From positions 1 through 47,305 of the forward strand of contig NW_021834817.1 in the NCBI RefSeq assembly GCF_006345805.1: a stretch of 47,305 nt of DNA, written 5' to 3'. Source of the DNA: Octopus sinensis (Eukaryota). The translations under genes were made by a program, and so were the position numbers. Below the pieces are notes generated by a model. The model worked only from the letters and a program-made list of their open reading frames with translations, was not told the DNA's origin and made no database searches. Positions 24,418 through 37,019 of the stretch are shown here, piece by piece (the stretch's first letter is position 1; each line of letters starts with the position of its first letter).

Positions 24418-24584
24418 GTAAGTTGTTAGATCTCATGTAAACTATACATAATTTTAACTTGATATGAATCACATCACTCCTAGATTGTAATGGAAACATT
24501 GAGGAATCTTCAGACTTTCTGAATTTAAAATATTCAACGAATCAAATTCCAACGCAAATCATTATTTGTTTAAATAATATTTTA

Positions 24585-24750
24585 CTTGTTTCAGACATTG
24601 GACTGCGGCCATGTTGAGGCACCGCCTTGAAGGGTTTTCGTCGGAAACAAAAAACAGACCATCACCGGTTGTCAAACGCTAGCGTATGTTTGTGACAAAC
24701 ATAGACACAATGACACACACACACACACACACACACAGACACACACGCAC

Positions 24751-24789
<39 letters not shown>

Positions 24790-25272
24790 GACACACACGC
24801 ACACACACACACACACGCACAAAGACACACACGCACACACACACACACACACACAAAGACACACACGCACACACACATACACACAAAGACACATACGCGC
24901 ACACACACACACACACACATACACACAAAGACCCACACGCACGCACACACACACATACACATTATTTTATTGTTTTATTCTTTTACATGTTTCAGTCGTT
25001 TGACTGCGGCCATGCTGGAGTACCACTTTTAGTCGAACAAATCGACCTCAGGACTTATTCTTTGTAAGCCTAGTACTTATTCTATCGGTGTTTTTTGGCA
25101 AACCGCTAAGCGATGAGTTTCTTTTCAGTTTCCGTCTACCAATTCCCCTCACAAGGCTTTGGTCGGCCCATAGCTATAGTAGAAGACACTCGCCCAAAGT
25201 GTCACGCAATGGGACTCAACCATGAACCATATTGATGGAAAGCAAGCTTCTTACCACATAGCCTCTTGTGTG

Positions 25273-25275
<3 letters not shown>
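24585..25275 (-). mobile_element. SINE family A pieces around a (CA)n tract
   Basis: Family A matches at 24585-24700 and 24975-25275. Confidence 0.7.
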
Positions 25276-25311
<36 letters not shown>

Positions 25312-25317
25312 TATATA

Positions 25318-26984
25318 TATATAACTGAGAATGTGTGTGTGTCTGTCTGTCTGTCTGTGTGTTTCCCTAAAACTTGAGAACTACACAACCAATTTCATTC
25401 AAATTTTACACATGCCTTACTTAGGGTCCGGGGAGTGTCATCGCCTAGAGCGAGCCCACAGCAATATCATATCTTCTCCACTACGATTCCCCAAAACTTG
25501 AGAGCTACACAACCAATTTCATTCAAATTTTACACATGCCTTACTTAGGGTCCATGTAGTTTCATGGGCAAAACAAGTGTTCAACCGCTTGCCTAGGGTG
25601 AGCTCATAGCAATATCATATCTTCTCCACTATTTCAGTATTACGTGTTAAAAGTGAAACAAAAACATTTCTCTATTTTATGTCAGATACCTTCACACTAA
25701 CAATAAAAATTAGAGATAATAATAACAATTGAATTATATGTAGTAAGTAATAATTAAAATCAAACTAAAGTATGATATAATAATTAAATCGAAACATTGC
25801 ATCAATGACTTGAACTTGAATCAGTGGTTTCACATGAATGGGAATAAAAAATAAAATAGAATTAGCGTGCAGAAATGGAATAGTCCAGAAGGAGGTGTGC
25901 ACGGCTTTTACATTAGATTATTTGCTGATTAGCTAGCATTAAGTATCTATATGAAGTTTGGCTGTACGAAAGATGCTTCTACTGAGTACCGCTGTTGGTT
26001 TATTTCTGATCCATAAAGGCCTATAGCTTCAACAGAGTACTACTCTTTTGTTTACCGTAAGATTTATTGTTATTATTATTTCTGTTTAACTATTGTTATC
26101 ACGTTTGTTGGTTCCTCGTAAGCGAAGCGTTGTTGTGTTGCATCTGTTAAATAATTGTAAACCGTAACCCTCCCCTTTGGGAGAAGGAGCTTTGGTTATT
26201 GTTTAAAAATTGAATTGTGTTCCTGCTTGGGGAAATTGACAATATTTTCACCGTTTACATGGAAGCATTTTTGTTAGAATGCCTTCGATACAAGAAAGTC
26301 CAAAAATGAATTTCGCTGCAGTAGTCGGCGGGCGGCGAACTCATTAAAATTAAAATGGAAGAAATACACACCTATTTCAGATTGATCACCGACAAAGACG
26401 GTGAATCTAGGATAACACCACCAAACGAAATAAAAAATAAAATTAAAGAAAAGACTTTTGCCTATAAAGTATACAATGTAGAGAAAAAAAAAACGATTTG
26501 AACATCTGGAGGAAAGCACCATTGAAAAGTGTTTTGGTGCGACTATGAAAAATATCAAGTATCTAACCAGAGGCGGTAAATTCGCCACAATAGAAGCAAG
26601 GTTCGAGTCAACGGAGCATGCAAGGGAGTACTCGACTCAAATCTTGCAAAGTGGAAATATTTTATTTTTACCTGGGGCGTAGGACGTCCCGGATAAAAGT
26701 TAAAAATGACTTCCCCCCAGAATTAGAGGTAGGCTGGATTGTAGCACACTTCTATATAAGAGGGAGGACAAGATACAATTACAAGAGACGGGCTAACAAT
26801 TCCAGTCTGTTATATATTTTGAATATTGTTATCACTAGCGATATCAAGATATAACTTTGTATTTTGTAATTTATGTGTAGATGTATATATATAGATGTAC
26901 ATGTAATATGTACACACATATATATATACACATATATACATGCACTAGCACTATGACCCAGCAACGACGGGTCTTTAATGCTAG
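25318..26984 (+). mobile_element. Probable non-autonomous Helitron with an internal ~125-bp duplication and a nested insert
   Basis: 5' region with (gtct)n. Duplicated block at 25366-25485 and 25489-25632. A 3' hairpin gaccc..gggtc precedes CTAG|T at 26981-26985. Linking the two ends is inferred. Confidence 0.5.
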
Positions 26985-28039
26985 TATATATATATATCTA
27001 TATATACTCGACGGGCTTCCACTCAGTTTCCGTCTACTTGGCGGCACTTCGTCCGTCTTTGCATTCTGGGTTCAAATTCCGCCGAGGTCGACTTTAGCTT
27101 TCAGATTTTTGGGGGTCGATGAATTAAGTACCAGTTGAACACTGGGATCCTTGAAATCGAATTACCCTTCCCTGAACGTACTGATTTTTTTTGTTGCTAA
27201 AATTTGAAACCGATATTTAATAAAAGACGAGACACTCAAGGATTTCGAAGTCAGCAAAGTCTGGATTTCTTCAGGGCATCACTATGAAATCGAGACACAG
27301 ACTGTGAAGAGTTCAAATCAATGCATAGTGTGAGTGTAAGACTTAAGAGAGGATTTATGAAAAACGTCTTTAATATTATTTCTGGAAGCAATGCAGGCTT
27401 TCCTGGTCTGGTCTCTGTTACGGCGTTCTATAATACATATGCATATGTATGGTTATATATATGTTAGTTCCTTCTCAAGCCATGCCTGGCTCATTAGGGC
27501 CGGTTTCCCGGTTTCCCTGGCGTATAAGTTCCCCACTCGTATATATACGAGCAAAACGCTCCCCAGTCAAATGAACGGTGCTGAGTTGTCAAACATTTAA
27601 ACCAAATTTTCTCAAAACAACTTGTCCGACCGTCCCATAGACATCCCCTTTGAGAAACACTGATTTAACCTAAATTTGAGACACCAGCAAAAGAAGAAAT
27701 AAAGTTAGACTTTTTCTATTCCAAAGAAAAACGATTTTATTCATACAAATATATTTTAACTATTAACTATAATAGATAATATTTATCTATTAAATATAGA
27801 TAATATATTATATAATAGATAATATTTAATAGAGTTTAGTTAAATTTAAAATCTGTCGAACATAACCCAAGATGTTGTGGTTGAGGGTTTTATGGAATTA
27901 AGAGAGGTATGTACGCCCTGTGTCTGATGGCGTTTTCTATGATGTAGAGTTCAGAGTAATGTTCTGCCTATAATTCCATCTATTTGCCCTTTTCTTGGAT
28001 ATAGTTTTACCTGCTACAGTTATTAGTGACGCTGTCTAC

Positions 28040-29125
28040 CCCAATAGATTTATTTATTTCTCCATATATTTCATGTGTGTCATTTGTGTCAAATCATGAC
28101 TGAATTCTTTGTAAAGCAGTACCAAACTGTTTTACAAGTGCATCACTGTCTGAGGTGGGTTCTGTAAGAAGGACATCATCCAGCAAATTAATGAACTTTT
28201 CTGCTTTATATAGAGGCATCAATGTCTTGCCTACCGGGTGATTTCATGCGGGATGGTTAAAGTTTAATCTGATCATGTCCTGGCCAGCACATTGGAAGGA
28301 CTGTGACATGTGCACTTTTCACAAGTATATTTTGAGTATCAAATCTACATGATGTTGGTGTTTGGCCTGAGGATGTCTTCAAGGCACTTTGTGCTGATCA
28401 TATTTTGGAAGTAAGTATTGGAGATAATCAGATCATGGAGTGTATAAAACTGAAAAAATAGTAAACTGTTCTTATATTGTTGTTGTTGTTGGCATCCTTT
28501 TGTCTCGAGAGACAATGGGGTTGCGCATAAACTAATCCAGTCTGGTTTTTACATTTCATGTCCTCTCCAATTTCCTCTCCAGTTTTGCGCACGCCTTGGC
28601 TAGATATAAGAAAATCCTGGGTAGCCCAATCGTCAGAATTCCTCTTTCAACCCTGCTGACATGGTCCAAAGGAGTGCAGAGCATTACGTTTGGAACCAGT
28701 TTGGTTACAGGAGCTGCCGGAAGAGTGTTGAGTCGAACATTAAACCACCTATGGGGCTCCACTCCGGATTTCTTTGAAGGTTGTCTCCTTTCCGTAACCC
28801 TGGATAGGGGCCCATACGGGTAATGTCATCCGAAGCCAGCTGAGCCCGGGACTCGTGTCAGGCAGAGTCGTCACTCTCTGAAGTACTGAAGAAAATCGCT
28901 ACCTGCTACCTAAAGTAAACTGTTTTTATATACGCTACCAATATCATGTCGGCCCTGAAGCTTGTTTTAGGAGTTATGATTGGCACCTAATCTGACATTT
29001 AGCTTGCCAAACAACTAAAACTGCTCCTGGATTGGTTTCCCTCCGTGTTGTTTTGTGTGTATGAGCTTCTTCAGTACCTGTATGTTCGTGTGAATGTAAT
29101 GGTGTCTCTGTGTTTGAGACCGTTA
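28040..29125 (-). mobile_element. RTE/BovB-like LINE relics
   Basis: Degenerate coding traces on the minus strand (KCL..IL, CEKC) and an RTE-like segment starting ggcatcctttgtctcgagagac. The family assignment is tentative. Confidence 0.4.
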
Positions 29126-29189
29126 CTTATTCCTTTGTAAATGTATATAAACAATCACAGCAAAATATGCCTTTACATTCTTTATACAG

Positions 29190-29315
29190 AGAGTTTCCCG
29201 ATATTTAATCAATGCCTCTGGAATCCTTGTAAGAACGGTGGCCAATGTATCAGGAAAGGATTTTTCTTCGTATGTAAATGCCGACCAGGTTACACTGGGC
29301 GTAACTGTCAAATTC
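29190..29315 (+). CDS. EGF-EGF-vWA gene, exon 3 (EGF domain 1)
   Basis: tttatacag acceptor; SFPIFNQCLWNPCKNGGQCIRKGFFFVCKCRPGYTGRNCQI with 6 Cys; C|gtaagt donor; 126 bp, phase 1-1. Confidence 0.93.
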
Positions 29316-29484
29316 GTAAGTATAACATTAAAAAAAATCATCTTTATATATTTATCATTGATTTGATGCAAGGATAACATGGTAAGATCCAATTAGGGAT
29401 AAGGAATACTTAGGGGATGGATGAAAGATATGGTAAATGAGCATATCTTGCGCAAGTTTTGGAGCATGCTTGTGTGCCATTTTC

Positions 29485-29578
<94 letters not shown>

Positions 29579-29589
29579 ATTCTCTCTTT

Positions 29590-29869
29590 AACTCTTTACT
29601 CTTTAAATTGTTTCAGTCATTTGACTGCGGCCATGCTGGAGCACCGCCTTTAGTCGAGCAAATCGACCCCGGGACTTATTCTTTGTAAGCCTAGAACTTA
29701 TTCTATCGGTCTCTTTGCCGAACAGCTAAGTTACGGGGACGTAACACACACACCAGCATCGGTTGTCAAGCGATGTTGGGGACAAACACAAAAGCACAAC
29801 ATACACACACACATACATACATACATACATACATACATACATACATACATAATATATATATATACATAC

Positions 29870-29953
<84 letters not shown>

Positions 29954-30333
29954 TATATATATAGATATATATATATATATATATACGACGGGCTTCTTTC
30001 AGTTTCCGTGTACCAAATCCACTCACAAGGCTTTGGCCGGCCCGAGGCTATAGTAGAAGACACTTGCCCAAGGTGGTTGGTAAGCAAGCTACTTACAAAC
30101 ATATACATACACATACATATACATACACATACATACGTATACATATATACATATACATATACATATATACGACAGGCTTCTTTCAGTTTCCGTCTACCAA
30201 ATCCACTCATAAGGCATTGGTCGGCCCGAGGCTATAGCAGAAGACACTTTCCCAATATGCCACGCAGTGGGACTGAACCCAGAACCATGTGGTTGGTAGG
30301 CAAGCTACTTACCACACAGCCACTCCTGCGCCT
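29590..30333 (-). mobile_element. SINE family A with a duplicated 5' half
   Basis: Family A matches at 29590-30095 and 30165-30333. Confidence 0.8.
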
Positions 30334-30338
30334 ATATG

Positions 30339-30548
30339 TTAGGTTGGTGCATAAATATTGCAGCTTTTTTTTTCAATAAACTTTATTCAACAAAAATAAT
30401 AACAAGATTCAATAAAAACACATTTAAATGATTATTCCGGAACATATTCTCCATCTACTTCAATTTCTGCTTGGCGTTTCGTTTATTTTTTTATTGAAAT
30501 AAAATTTATTGACAAAAAAAAAGCCGCAATAATTATGTACCAATCTAA
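30339..30548. mobile_element. Mariner-derived MITE
   Basis: TIRs ttaggttggtgcataaatattgcagctttt / aaaagccgcaataattatgtaccaatctaa followed by TA. Confidence 0.8.
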
Positions 30549-30609
30549 TATATATATATATATATTATATATATATATACGCGTAATATATTTCATATAT
30601 ATATTATGA

Positions 30610-30656
<47 letters not shown>

Positions 30657-30858
30657 GTTATTTCTTCTTTGTGGAAACAAATTCGGTGGCTATACCAGAA
30701 TAAGAGCTATTTCTAGCACTAGAGTTAACCACTTAACGGTAACTCTCTTATATTTACGTATAAATTTGTATTGTCTCCCTGGTTTTTATGTGCTAGGCCA
30801 CTTGGTCTTAAACTGGGTATTATTAAATTAATATCTAATTTTTCACCCTCATTTATAA

Positions 30859-30906
<48 letters not shown>

Positions 30907-31179
30907 ATGACCAAGTTTAAAAATCTGCTGGATCTCACTCATAAGGGAATCTTACATTTCTTATAAACTCTATATTTGGAAGGACTCGTTTTAAACTCTA
31001 TTGGATCTTTGAACTCTACTCATAGGATATTGGAATGTTGCATATATACCATTATGCCTAAAAAATGGATTTACAATTTCAATACCCATGCATATCTTGC
31101 ATCTATTTTCTTTCCTCCACCTCACTCTCTATTTTGTATCACATCTAAATTAACTATGACTTAACCATCCTCTCACACC

Positions 31180-31231
31180 GTCTCTGATGAAGGGATATAA
31201 TTAATAAATATCCTAGAAACAGCTGTAAAAC
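31180..31231 (+). ncRNA. Type I hammerhead with canonical core in a PLE 3' end (about 30903-31290)
   Basis: gtct CTGATGA a gggatat aattaataa atatcct a GAAAC agct GTA aaac. An inverted truncated copy lies at about 31447-31551. Confidence 0.75.
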
Positions 31232-32102
31232 CTATCTATAAATGCTCTAATATCTACACACCCCTGTTTTTTTAATCTTATTACGCAATATATATATATA
31301 TATATGTATCAAATGAAATAAATGAAAAACAAGACGCAAAGGATGTTGCGGCACATATGTTTCGGGCTTTATAGAATAACTTATTCTTACATCAATGCAT
31401 AATCGACATAACAGATAGATCAAAAGCCTATATATATATATATATATTGTGTAATAAAATAAAAAAAAACAGGGGACTGTAGATTGAGGATTTATAGATA
31501 GAAGGTTTTACAGCTGTTTCTAGGATATTTATTAACTATATCCCTTCATCACCAAATTTTTATCACCAAAATTCCATCTGAAATCTCAGGAAGAATTCAT
31601 ATTAATATCCTCAGTTGTATGAAGGGGTTAAATTAGCAATTCATATATGGATATATAAATTTGTATAAAATATATAAGTATATACGGCGGTGCATCAGCA
31701 TGGCCGCAGCTCTGAGCTGAAACTAGAAAAAAAATATACGTAACGGTTTATAAAACCATCACACATACACACACAAACGTACACATACACGTACACGTAC
31801 TGACGCATGAATACAAAGTTTAATTTAATGTCATAAATTTATACCTAGCTAACTAAAAAAAATTATTTAACAAAAATACTCAATGGTGAAAATAAATTCG
31901 TACTCATTATAAAATGAGTACAGTCGGACAGGGTGTCTTGCTAGGTTGAATATTGCACTGAACACTGCCCCTTATGATAACTGTTACATACATGTATATA
32001 TGCTAATACATAAGGGTAAAAGAAAAAAAAATCCTTTTGCCCTTATTTATAAGTTGTTTATAATTTTTACCTTATAAGGTATTTTTTGATATGTTGGCCA
32101 CT

Positions 32103-32338
32103 CTTTTACTCTTTTACTTGTTTCAGTCATTTGACTGCGGCCATGCTGGTATTATATTTCCTTTAGTCGAGCAAATCGACCCCACGACTTATTCTTTGTA
32201 AGCCTAGTACTTATTCTATCGGTCTCTTTTGCCGAACAGCTAAGTTACGGGGACGTAAACACACCAGCATCGGTTGTCAAGCGCTGTTGGGGAGACAAAC
32301 AAAAACACACAAACATACACACATACATACATATATAC

Positions 32339-32380
<42 letters not shown>

Positions 32381-32520
32381 GACGGGATTCTTTCAGTTTC
32401 CGACTATTAAATCGACTTTAGTCGGCCCGAGGCTACAGTAGAAGACACTTATCCAAGGGACTGAACCTAGAACAATGTAGTTGGTAAGCAAGCTACTTAC
32501 CACCGAGCCACTCCTACGCC
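32103..32520 (-). mobile_element. SINE family A flanked by a 59-bp direct duplication
   Basis: Full-length copy. Flanks 32044-32102 and 32521-32579 differ at 3 positions. Confidence 0.85.
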
Positions 32521-32721
32521 TATTTATAAGTTGTTTATAATTTTCACCTTAAAAGGCATTTTTTGATATGTTGGCCACTTATCCTATATTAGATGGACAT
32601 GTATATATGCATAGGTGTATGTATGCATATACAAATGTATATTTATATGCATTTATATTTACACAGTATATATGTATAAAAATGCATATCAATATATACT
32701 TATTCAAACACACATTTACAA

Positions 32722-33190
32722 TATATATCGGATGCAGACTGCATCGATAACTAGCTAGAGGAGGCGTCTTCTTGGGGTTAAAAATAGTAGTAACGACAGT
32801 TCGTTTGGAACAGCCATGTTGAAGTGGTGACAAACATTACTTTCCAGTATAGTTACTACTTTTATCTGTTATAGAGAATTTCTAACGAGCTACTTTGCTT
32901 GTTACAAGATCAGTGACTAGTTGTCACGTATCTTTAAAAAAATATATAACTACTGTTAACTTTAGCGGACAGGTATCCACCACACTGGATGTACGAAAAC
33001 AGCCCGAAACCGGTCGGTCTGGTGGTCCTATCAAGTCAAAAGAAAATGGTAGGGGTTCTCTCCCCTGCTTCCAGTATATATCGGGTGCAGATTGCATCGA
33101 TAATCAGCAAGAGGAGGAGTCCTCTTGGGGCTAAAAAATAGTATTAAAGTCGGTTCGTACGGAATAGTCATGTTAAAATGGCGACAAACA
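32722..33190 (+). repeat. Diverged ~115-bp direct repeats with about 353-bp period
   Basis: tatatatcgg.tgcaga.tgcatcgataa..gacaaaca at 32722-32836 and 33075-33190. Confidence 0.8.
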
Positions 33191-33261
33191 CGACTTCTCT
33201 CTCCCTCTGTGTATGCGTATATATATATACATACATACACACATACATATATATATATATT

Positions 33262-33445
33262 TTTCTCTTCTTTTTTTTCTCCTTTTTTCTCTCCTTGTTT
33301 TTTTTTCTGTGTACCCTTTTGTAGAAGAGCGTAGGCTCGAAACGTAAAAGACTTTTTCTATTCCTCAGCGCTATACTAATACATCTGTTTGTTTGTACAC
33401 CACCTGTCTTCGTCTTTTGTTTATTTTCGTAAAGCTTCCCGTTAT
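33262..33445 (+). mobile_element. Third copy of the hammerhead-bearing pLTR-like family
   Basis: Matches 8857-9037. The motif cttt tgtaga agagcgtaggctc gaaac gta aaag at 33316-33350 has an eroded core. Confidence 0.7.
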
Positions 33446-33448
33446 ATC

Positions 33449-33483
<35 letters not shown>

Positions 33484-34490
33484 GTATATATAAATCACAA
33501 TCAATTTCAGAGTGTGCGTACACTGTAAGCAAGTAGCAAATGCATCCCTTTAACTACTTTTTCAAGTAGGTATTCACTCATACTTCTCCTCGAAGAAAAT
33601 AGCTCCCTTTGCTGTTGACTAAAATAAACTCGCAGAAGGGAAGTTTCAACGTTTTCCTTCAAATTCCTTACATCATTTGTGGCTGTTTCTGACAATAAAT
33701 TTCGCTTTCATGTAAAACAACTATATTTTGTAGTTATTATCCGTAATCTACTCCCAAAACACTCCAGTAGCTCTACTTTGCATCACTTGCAAACTTATAT
33801 GTTCTATGATAATCAAAGGGAAACGGCCTCCCCAATAACCAGCCTTCAATTTGGTTTTTTGTTTCTAGGTTAATCGGAAACATAGATTGCCATGCTACTC
33901 GTAAACCCTCGGTAGTTCAATTATTTGATGAAAAAAATATATATTTACATATATATACTAGCGTTTGCTAGTATATATATGTAAATAAATATATATACAA
34001 CGTATGTCCATATTTGTTCACATACACACATATACGTGCGTACACGCTTATATGACAGTGCATATACATATACATCACCCTTTCTCTTTGCCTTCTGTGA
34101 TATATATATAATTATATATATATAATATATCTATATATATATATATATATTATATCTATATATATATATATTATATATATATATGTATGTATTATATATT
34201 TACACACACACACATATATATGCACATGTAGAGTGTTACATATATCTACTACATATTACATAAATGTATTGATGTGTGTATGTGACAGACAAAAGTGCAT
34301 TTGTATCTGCTTCTGGTACTGTGTGATTTTTCACTTATATTTTGCATGAACACCACTGTACATAACTCCATGTCCCCCTATATGGCCTTGCTTTTTGCTT
34401 TTTGAGCCAAAAAATTAACTTAACTTAACTATATAAATATATATATATACTCGTAGATACCCTAAATTATGATATATATATACATACATA

Positions 34491-34538
<48 letters not shown>

Positions 34539-34614
34539 ATATATATATAATATATATACGTTTAAATATTTGTTGTGCAAGATTTTTTATGTGAAGTCGT
34601 GTGTTGAAACAGAT

Positions 34615-35852
34615 ATTGTTATATTTCGGAATGGTCATATTGCCAGTTTAGCCATAAATACCAGAGTGTCATGTTCGTTGACACCACCCCTGGAGGTGAA
34701 CTAGCGTACCGCTTTAGAAGGACCCTAGATAAACTTAAATTAAGAATTAAGGTTGTTGAAAAGCCAGGCAACCCTATCAGATCTATAATTGGTAGAACCT
34801 ATCCTTTTAGTAGAACTCTCTGTACGGATAACTATTGCACTGTATGTAGATTTAGCCCACAAACAAACTGTTAAAGCCAGAAATGTGGTCTATAGTATAA
34901 GATGTATAGAGGGACGATGCAGTAACAAGACAGTAACATACGTAGGGGAACTGCAAAAGCATTGGTGAGCGGGTGAATGAACATTGGAGACAACTCAAGG
35001 AAGGTAAAAGCTCATCGATTCTGTACCAACACGCCGAACAAGAACACGGGAGATCAATCAATAACATAGAGATTAAGATTGTCCACACATAGAACAGATT
35101 CAACAATAGACAAATTACAGAAGCTACACATATAATAGAAAATAAACCTAGCCTGAATAGAAAACTAGAATGGAGCAATAGCGCACACCACAACATATGA
35201 CAATAGTGGATCCTGCAAACATAATAAATACACAGGTAATTAAAGAAATAGAAATGATATCTATATATATGTATATGTGTATATATATGTATATGTATAT
35301 GTGTATATATGTGTGTATATATGTATATATATATATATGTATTATGTATGTAAATATATATATATGATTTTTATTTATTTTTTTTTCGATTAGATTATTA
35401 TTATTATTACTAATATTGTTGTTATACATACATACAAGCATATTAATGATAATAATGGGTGGATGTAAACACATGAACAAAATTAGAACAAAAGCAACAA
35501 CAAAAACAAATACAAATTACAAGAATGTATATAACAGAAGATACAAATATTACAGGCATCCCCCACACACACTAAATAAACATAGACGCACATAGAGATA
35601 TAAGCATGCGCAAATGAAGACATACAATAAAATACAAAATGGCTGACGGTTAGTAAGGAGAGACACAAGTAAGTGAGAAGAAAACAAAGGACCACTGATA
35701 CGGTCACAGGAGTGTGACGAAAGAACTTTGGCCGAAATAAGATTAAGATTAATGTAAAAAATAAATATCACTGAAGCAAAATAACACCAAATATATAGTG
35801 CGTGTGTTTTTATTGGCTAAAAGGCAATATGACCATTCCGAAATATAACAAT
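34615..35852 (+). mobile_element. Penelope-like element (Neptune-like) 3' fragment with GIY-YIG endonuclease and inverted termini
   Basis: Reads FVDTTPGGEL..IKVVEKPG..C..C..C..NC, NVVYSIRC..YVGE, ERVNEH and RQITEATHI..LNRKLEW. An inverted repeat links 34615-34654 and 35814-35852. Confidence 0.85.
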
Positions 35853-35947
35853 TTAATATATATTATAATATATATATATATATTATATATATATAACATA
35901 CACACACACAATATATATATGCATATGACTTTATATATTTTATATAG

Positions 35948-36025
35948 CGATTAATCCATGCCAACTGAAACCTTGTAAAAACAATGGCATGTATATCAGA
36001 TGAGGATATCGCTTCGCGTGCAACA
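35948..36025 (+). pseudogene. Dead EGF pseudo-exon, paralogous to exons 3 and 4
   Basis: After tatatag it reads INPCQLKPCKNNGMYIR*GYRFAC. Cys3 has become Tyr, there is a TGA at 36001, and the 3' third and donor are missing. Confidence 0.8.
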
Positions 36026-36101
36026 ATTTATTGTTATATATATTTATCATAAACTTGTAGCATAGATATCTTGCTAAAATGCACACACACACATACACAC
36101 A

Positions 36102-36141
<40 letters not shown>

Positions 36142-36204
36142 ATATATATATATATATATATATACGCTATACATGCATGTATATATATATGTTTATATAT
36201 ATAT

Positions 36205-36242
<38 letters not shown>

Positions 36243-36254
36243 CATATATATATA

Positions 36255-36635
36255 TCTCTCTCTATATAAACGGCAGTTTGTCTGTGCGTTTTCTGTGTGT
36301 CTGTTTGCTTGTACCCTCACCCTGACCACGGCTTTCAACCGATTATGATGAAACTTGACACACACATAGCCCAATGTCATAATTCAAAACTAACGCAGCG
36401 AAAATTTTGAAAAGTTCCCCCAGTTCTGAAAAAAATCGATAAATTCGACATGGGGTCGAGAATCAGAAACACAAACCGCAAACTGTCTAGGGGACGCAAC
36501 TCCACCTTTTTTAACTAAAAAAAAATTTACCATAATTTTTTTCCATTTTTTTGCTATTTTTTGGCTATAACTCTCTAAAAATGCTTTATAGTTATTTCCC
36601 TTACAAACCTGAGCAACGCCGGGCGATACTGCTAG
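36255..36635 (+). mobile_element. Non-autonomous Helitron
   Basis: A|TC start, subterminal cc.gagcaacgccggg hairpin-like motif and CTAG|T end. Confidence 0.75.
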
Positions 36636-37019
36636 TATATACATACATATATGTGTATACATATTTGTGCGCATATGTATATATACATGCACACATACAC
36701 AAACTCACACACATATGCATACATACAGAAATAAGCGTATTTCTGCACAGTTAAGAGTATCAGAAAATTGGGTATATGTACGACGGGTTTCTTTCAGTTT
36801 CCATCTACCAAATCTACTCACAAAGCTTTGGTCGGTTCGAGTTTAGAGTAGAGGAAACATGTCCAAGTTGCCACACTGGGATTGAAACCCGGAGCCATGT
36901 TGTTGGGAAGCAATCTTCATACCACACAACCATATCTATATCTATTATGATTTCGAGAATTGACGCTGCCTGCTAAACAAATGGCAAGGCTCTTTCGTTT
37001 CAGTGAAGAGAAGTGTTAC

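Noticed and set aside
27274-27328. Candidate extra exon (tttcttcag..gtgagt)
   Set aside because: Its phase is incompatible with the phase-1 chain and the peptide is unrecognisable.
33490-33935. Possible PLE RT relic on the minus strand
   Set aside because: Only a faint motif resemblance, too degenerate to call without a profile search.
36001-36003. In-frame TGA as selenocysteine or readthrough
   Set aside because: It is not at a Cys position, and the exon also lost Cys3, its 3' part and its donor, which indicates decay.
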